Assembly (NCBI GenBank): GCA_018715145.1
Contig: DVMD01000095.1
Span: forward strand, 1 to 54,740
Direction: 5' to 3'
Origin: Candidatus Onthocola stercorigallinarum
Lineage (GTDB): Bacteria > Bacillota_I > Bacilli_A > RF39 > UBA660
DNA: 54,740 bases
A model generated the notes under the pieces. That model ran no database searches. It was not told the DNA's origin and worked only from the letters and a program-made list of their open reading frames with translations. Shown one piece after another: positions 50,911-54,740 of the stretch (positions are counted from its first letter, which is position 1; each line of letters starts with the position of its first letter). The translations under genes were made by a program, and so were the position numbers.

Positions 50911-51561
50911 ATGTCTCAAGATTTGTATAAAGGCCAATGTGGTTCTTGCAAAAATTATCAAATCAATGATTTGAGAGGAGCAGAAAGAGACGGATACGGT
51001 TGTAGCTATCAAGGAAGAGTATTTGGATCCCCATATTATAAAAGATTCCCATTTGATTACTCCTGCGGAGGCTACAAAAAAGATTCATATCGTACCGATA
51101 AAGATATTCAAAAAGCTTATGAAGCTCTTGACCGTAGATATGGATATCGTCCTGGCAAATCCACATGGTATTACATTGCAACATTTGTTACCGAAACACT
51201 AGGAACTGAAGCATGTGAAAATTATTTCACAACTATTGCCCAATTTCGTGAACAAGTATTAGAAAAAAAGATCATAAAATATGCATCATTCTTAGTAGAA
51301 TATGATATGTATGGTAGATTAATTGCTAATTCTTTATACCAAGATGAGCAAAAAGAATTAATAGCTAAAGAATTATTATTTAATTATATAATTCCAACTT
51401 GTTTATTAATTAATCAAAAAAAATATGATGAAGCATTAAATATATACATAGAAATGTTTGAAAAACTAAAAGAAATGTATAATATAACTACAATTAAAGA
51501 TTATGATTTTGCAAATACTTCAAGTTTAGATGAAGACCAAATTAGTAAATTAACAAGATAA
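50911..51561 (+). CDS. Hypothetical protein with a Cys-rich N-terminus
   Basis: The start is moved to the ATG at 50911 (GAAAGGGGGA RBS). The N-terminus contains CGSC...GC...SCGG. The remainder is helical. Confidence 0.35.
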   Translation: MSQDLYKGQCGSCKNYQINDLRGAERDGYGCSYQGRVFGSPYYKRFPFDYSCGGYKKDSYRTDKDIQKAYEALDRRYGYRPGKSTWYYIATFVTETLGTEACENYFTTIAQFREQVLEKKIIKYASFLVEYDMYGRLIANSLYQDEQKELIAKELLFNYIIPTCLLINQKKYDEALNIYIEMFEKLKEMYNITTIKDYDFANTSSLDEDQISKLTR

Positions 51562-51573
51562 AAGAAGGCCAAA

Positions 51574-52047
51574 TTAGTCTTCTTTTAGTTTGCCAACATC
51601 TATCCATTCTTTAAAATTTGAATATTCTCCTAATTCTGGAATAGTTAGTTTAATTGCACTACTTGCACTCCCACAAGCGGGATATACATATTCAAATCTC
51701 TTTAAAGATTCATCTAAATAAACAGTAATTCCTTCATTTATAGCAAAAGGACAAACTCCTCCAGCGGCATGACCAATAACACACTCTAACTCATCAGCTT
51801 GAATCATTTTTGCTTTACAACCAAATTTTTGCTTATATTTTGGATTATCAACTTTAGTATCTCCCGCCAAAACTATAAGTATGGGCTTATCATCTACCCA
51901 AAAAGACATTGTTTTAGCAATATGAGCCTCATCGCATCCTATTGCTAATGCCGCATCATGAACAGTTGCACTGGATTCATTAAATTCAAGTACATCTTCC
52001 TCACGACCAAATTTTTTAAAATATTCTTTTACTTTATCAATTGCCAT
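51574..52047 (-). CDS. YbaK/EbsC-type aminoacyl-tRNA deacylase (editing domain protein)
   Basis: HIAKTMSFWVDDKPILIVLAGDTKVD..K ... IGHAAGGVCPF is the YbaK-family pattern. The start is moved to MAIDKV at 52047. Confidence 0.7.
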   Translation of the reverse strand: MAIDKVKEYFKKFGREEDVLEFNESSATVHDAALAIGCDEAHIAKTMSFWVDDKPILIVLAGDTKVDNPKYKQKFGCKAKMIQADELECVIGHAAGGVCPFAINEGITVYLDESLKRFEYVYPACGSASSAIKLTIPELGEYSNFKEWIDVGKLKED

Positions 52048-52642
52048 TATTAACCACATCCTTAACTTCTGTTTTACATATTAAATCATGAATTCCTAAA
52101 TGCTTTTTACTAAATATCACAATTCCACCATTAATATAAAAGAAAATACCTACTATAAATGTTAAAGCCATATCAACATATAAATATACATTTGCATCAA
52201 ATATCCACAAAGCAAGTAAACTTAATACTTCAAATATAATATTATATATAATCAAAGTCCTAAGTAACATTTGCCAAATACTTACTTTTTTATTTTTACT
52301 TGTAACACTAATATTGAAAGCTTTTTTACCCAATGTTTGATTATGATTCCATTTTTGAAATCCGACAAAATATAATAAATAGATAACTATTGTACTAATA
52401 GATACTGACACACTATATTTATCTAAATTATAATAAATATTTTTAAATTCAGCACTATTAACAGCATCAAAATTGCCATCCACGACTTCATCATACATTA
52501 CAGCATAATCATTATAAGCACTTACATATTCATCATAACTAGGATTTAAAAATCTAATTTGACTAACCATAGTAGTAAGTAAAATTATAAAAATATAATC
52601 AAGAGCATACGCACAAATTCTTCTAAATGTTAAACTATCCAT
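52037..52642 (-). CDS. RDD-family membrane protein
   Basis: The N-terminal RRICAYALDYIFI motif is followed by several TM helices. Confidence 0.6.
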   Translation of the reverse strand: MDSLTFRRICAYALDYIFIILLTTMVSQIRFLNPSYDEYVSAYNDYAVMYDEVVDGNFDAVNSAEFKNIYYNLDKYSVSVSISTIVIYLLYFVGFQKWNHNQTLGKKAFNISVTSKNKKVSIWQMLLRTLIIYNIIFEVLSLLALWIFDANVYLYVDMALTFIVGIFFYINGGIVIFSKKHLGIHDLICKTEVKDVVNNGN

Positions 52643-52691
52643 AAATCACCACATAAATATTGTACACTCATTCCAAGAAAAAAGCAAACTT

Positions 52692-53831
52692 TTATGTAGT
52701 TTGCCGATTTGTTCCAAGAGTTACTTCTATATCTCTAGTATCTCCATTACGATAAACTGTAAATGTTACTGTATCTCCAACATTATGTTGATATAGATAA
52801 TATCTTAAATAAGCAACACTAGGTACTTCTTCGCCATCCATAGCAGTAATTATATCATTTGCTCTAATTCCTCCATTAGCTGCTGGAGAATCTTCTACAA
52901 CATCAGTAACTATTACTCCACCATCTAAATTAGATTGTCTAATTAAACTATAATATTGAGAAAAATAAGCATCAGCAAAGTCTAACATAGATACTCCTAA
53001 ATATGGATAATCAGTTACTTCACCATTAATAATATCTTCAGCTTTATCAATTGCATCTTCAATTGGAATAGCAAATCCCATACCTTCAATACCATCATTT
53101 ACTAATTTCAAGGAAGTAATACCTATAACTTCTCCATTAGCATTACATAAAGGTCCACCACTATTACCAGAATTTATAGCAGCATCTGTTTGTAATGTTC
53201 TCATTATATAATTACCATTATCAATTTCTACTTCAACCATTCTATCTTTTCCAGAAATAATACCACGAGTTACAGTCCAAGAATAAGCACTATCAAGTGG
53301 AGCTCCAACAGCAAAAGTAGTATCGCCAATTCTTGTTTCATCATTATTACCTATTTCAGCAACTGTATATTCTTCATTACTTTCAATTGCTAAAACAGCT
53401 ATATCTTGATATTCATCAAAACCTATAATTTCTGTTTCAACAATAGAACCATCAGTAAATGTAACTGTTACATGATTACCATCCTCAATTACATGATAAT
53501 TAGTAAGTAGATAATAAGTATCTCCATCATGACGATATACAAAACCAGTACCTGATGCTACATAAGTATCATCACTATAAGTTGAAACAACTACAACTGC
53601 ATCATAAACTTTAGCTACCGCTTCAGCTATTCCTGTATCATTAATTGTAACATTTCTCTCTTCTCTAGTTACTGACTCAGTTAAAGTAACAGGGAAAAAG
53701 TAAATAATAGCATACATTATAATACAACCTACAAAAAATACCACAATATAAGATATTATCTTTTTAGACCAATTATTTTTATTATTATGTTCATTATTAA
53801 CTGGTTCAACATTATTTAAATTTTCTTCCAT
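52692..53831 (-). CDS. htrA: HtrA/DegP-family serine protease with a PDZ domain
   Basis: It has an N-terminal TM anchor. The catalytic contexts are TNYHVIE, DIAVL and GNSGGPL. The C-terminus is PDZ-like (GGVIVTDVVEDSPAANGGIRANDIITAMDG). Confidence 0.9.
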   Translation of the reverse strand: MEENLNNVEPVNNEHNNKNNWSKKIISYIVVFFVGCIIMYAIIYFFPVTLTESVTREERNVTINDTGIAEAVAKVYDAVVVVSTYSDDTYVASGTGFVYRHDGDTYYLLTNYHVIEDGNHVTVTFTDGSIVETEIIGFDEYQDIAVLAIESNEEYTVAEIGNNDETRIGDTTFAVGAPLDSAYSWTVTRGIISGKDRMVEVEIDNGNYIMRTLQTDAAINSGNSGGPLCNANGEVIGITSLKLVNDGIEGMGFAIPIEDAIDKAEDIINGEVTDYPYLGVSMLDFADAYFSQYYSLIRQSNLDGGVIVTDVVEDSPAANGGIRANDIITAMDGEEVPSVAYLRYYLYQHNVGDTVTFTVYRNGDTRDIEVTLGTNRQTT

Positions 53832-53832
53832 T

Positions 53833-54740
53833 TTAATCCATCCTCACAATCTCTTTATAATTATTAGGAAATCCCATCGCATATAACACTTTATCAATTC
53901 GTATAACTTCTAGTTTTCCCGCCAAACGATCTATTTCATAGCTTATTTCATTCATAAATAAAGTAAAATCATCTTTATCTAATATAAATTTTAAAATAAT
54001 AACTAAAGCAAATAGATCATTTTTACCATAAATATACTCACCATCAGCTTTAGTAATATAAAGCATACGATGATACTTAGTATCTTCAATTGCTTTTTGA
54101 GTTTTATTGTTATAACAAATATCTTCATGAGCACACAAATTACGATAATTTGCTAAGAGCGGTAAATACTCAATCATACTATAAACATCAACTCCAAAAG
54201 CTTCAGCTATTTCTAATTGGTCTTGATATTGCAGTATTGTATATAATTCACCTACAATTCCAAATGACAACACTTTGACAACAACCCATAAGGGAATATA
54301 GCCATAATTTATTAAATAGTGAGCAGTAGCAGAATGTTGTTTACCATTAACACTAATTTGTCTTTTCATCTTTCTAATTAGATCATTAATTTGTTTTTTC
54401 TTTTTAGAATCTTTGACAAAATTATTAGGGTTTAAATAGTTATTTTCTTTAAAACCATGATTTTTACTCATAACATAAGCTAATATACTTTTTAAATTAT
54501 TTTCAACAATTAATATATTCTTAAAAATAATATTGCGTATTTGCCTATCAAAAGTAAACATAGCATAAAGCTCTCTAAATGTGGTACCACTTAAGAATCT
54601 TTTACTGTCACTTTCTAAAAAAAGATGCCTATACCCACTTAAAAAGAAATAGTTTTCTCGAAGCAATATTTTTCTTGTCTCATCAATATCTTCGATAACT
54701 AAGCCTTTATTCTTAAGTATGTCAATTTGTTCATCTAATG
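53833..54740 (-). CDS. AbiD/AbiF (Abi_2) family abortive-infection protein; N-terminus runs off the right window edge
   Basis: The frame is open to the window edge (hand translation ...LDEQIDILKNKGLVIEDIDETRKILLRENYFFLSGYRHLF). The family-typical YRNLCAHED (RNxxAH HEPN motif) is present. The track start at 54666 is an internal TTG. Confidence 0.75.
   Translation of the reverse strand, partial: LDEQIDILKNKGLVIEDIDETRKILLRENYFFLSGYRHLFLESDSKRFLSGTTFRELYAMFTFDRQIRNIIFKNILIVENNLKSILAYVMSKNHGFKENNYLNPNNFVKDSKKKKQINDLIRKMKRQISVNGKQHSATAHYLINYGYIPLWVVVKVLSFGIVGELYTILQYQDQLEIAEAFGVDVYSMIEYLPLLANYRNLCAHEDICYNNKTQKAIEDTKYHRMLYITKADGEYIYGKNDLFALVIILKFILDKDDFTLFMNEISYEIDRLAGKLEVIRIDKVLYAMGFPNNYKEIVRMD

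Noticed and set aside
1-54740. An alternative genetic code (Mollicutes-type UGA=Trp), considered because of the extreme AT content
   Set aside because: TGA clearly terminates well-defined genes (for example the HNH gene at 26026-26028 and the small ORF at 25862-25864). The only tRNA-Trp seen has a CCA anticodon. Dense, sensible ORFs are obtained with the standard code.

Overview
No searches or folding programs were run. All functional calls come from motifs read in the supplied translations and from hand inspection of the DNA.

The window is very AT-rich DNA from a spore-forming Firmicute. It uses the standard bacterial code: TGA serves as a stop and the tRNA-Trp has a CCA anticodon.

A complete temperate prophage of about 38.8 kb dominates the window (about 3832-42586). 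Nearly all its genes are on the minus strand. The modules run, left to right:
- lysis, 4238-6168
- tail fibre and host recognition, 6184-11101
- large virion proteins, 11095-19750
- capsid, scaffold and portal, 19836-23488
- terminase with an HNH nuclease, 24121-26454
- a tRNA-Cys and an unusual structured GC-enriched spacer, 26985-27395
- a late-regulator candidate followed by many small early genes
- an orphan DNA methyltransferase
- recombination and replication genes (SSB, Rad52-like annealing protein, PD-(D/E)XK exonuclease, replication organiser, G39P-like loader)
- a divergent XRE-family (phage cI/Cro-like repressor) switch with an ImmA-like metalloprotease
- an outward-facing large serine recombinase, 41170-42552

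The strongest observation is that the prophage sits inside a cwlJ/sleB-type spore cortex-lytic hydrolase gene. The N-terminal 24 codons are at 3758-3829 and the C-terminal 115 codons at 42588-42935. Both junctions share a CAGAAGG core in the same codon phase, so precise excision would rebuild an ORF of about 140 aa. This resembles the skin/sigK and SPbeta/spsM sporulation-gene switches.

Other points worth a second look:
- a (CGTTT)x7 pentanucleotide tract inside a small ORF in the tail-fibre module
- a tRNA-like, multi-hairpin intergenic element next to the phage tRNA-Cys
- helical-phase direct repeats at the end of the late-regulator gene
- a 25-bp-arm inverted repeat in the early region
- a membrane-anchored GAF-like protein with a probable non-AUG start beside the holin
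- a family of tandem small coiled-coil paralogues

The host flanks carry:
- type IV secretion (T4SS) remnants: VirB6-like and pilin-like genes on the left, and an orphan VirD4/TraG-like ATPase on the right
- a tRNA-Trp
- a 614-aa orphan with a C-terminal Rx4H (HEPN-like) motif, inserted where a nuclease gene has been reduced to a 19-codon relic
- an AbiD/F-type gene at the right edge
- housekeeping genes: a LysM amidase, an HtrA protease, a YbaK-like deacylase and a YjjX-like NTPase
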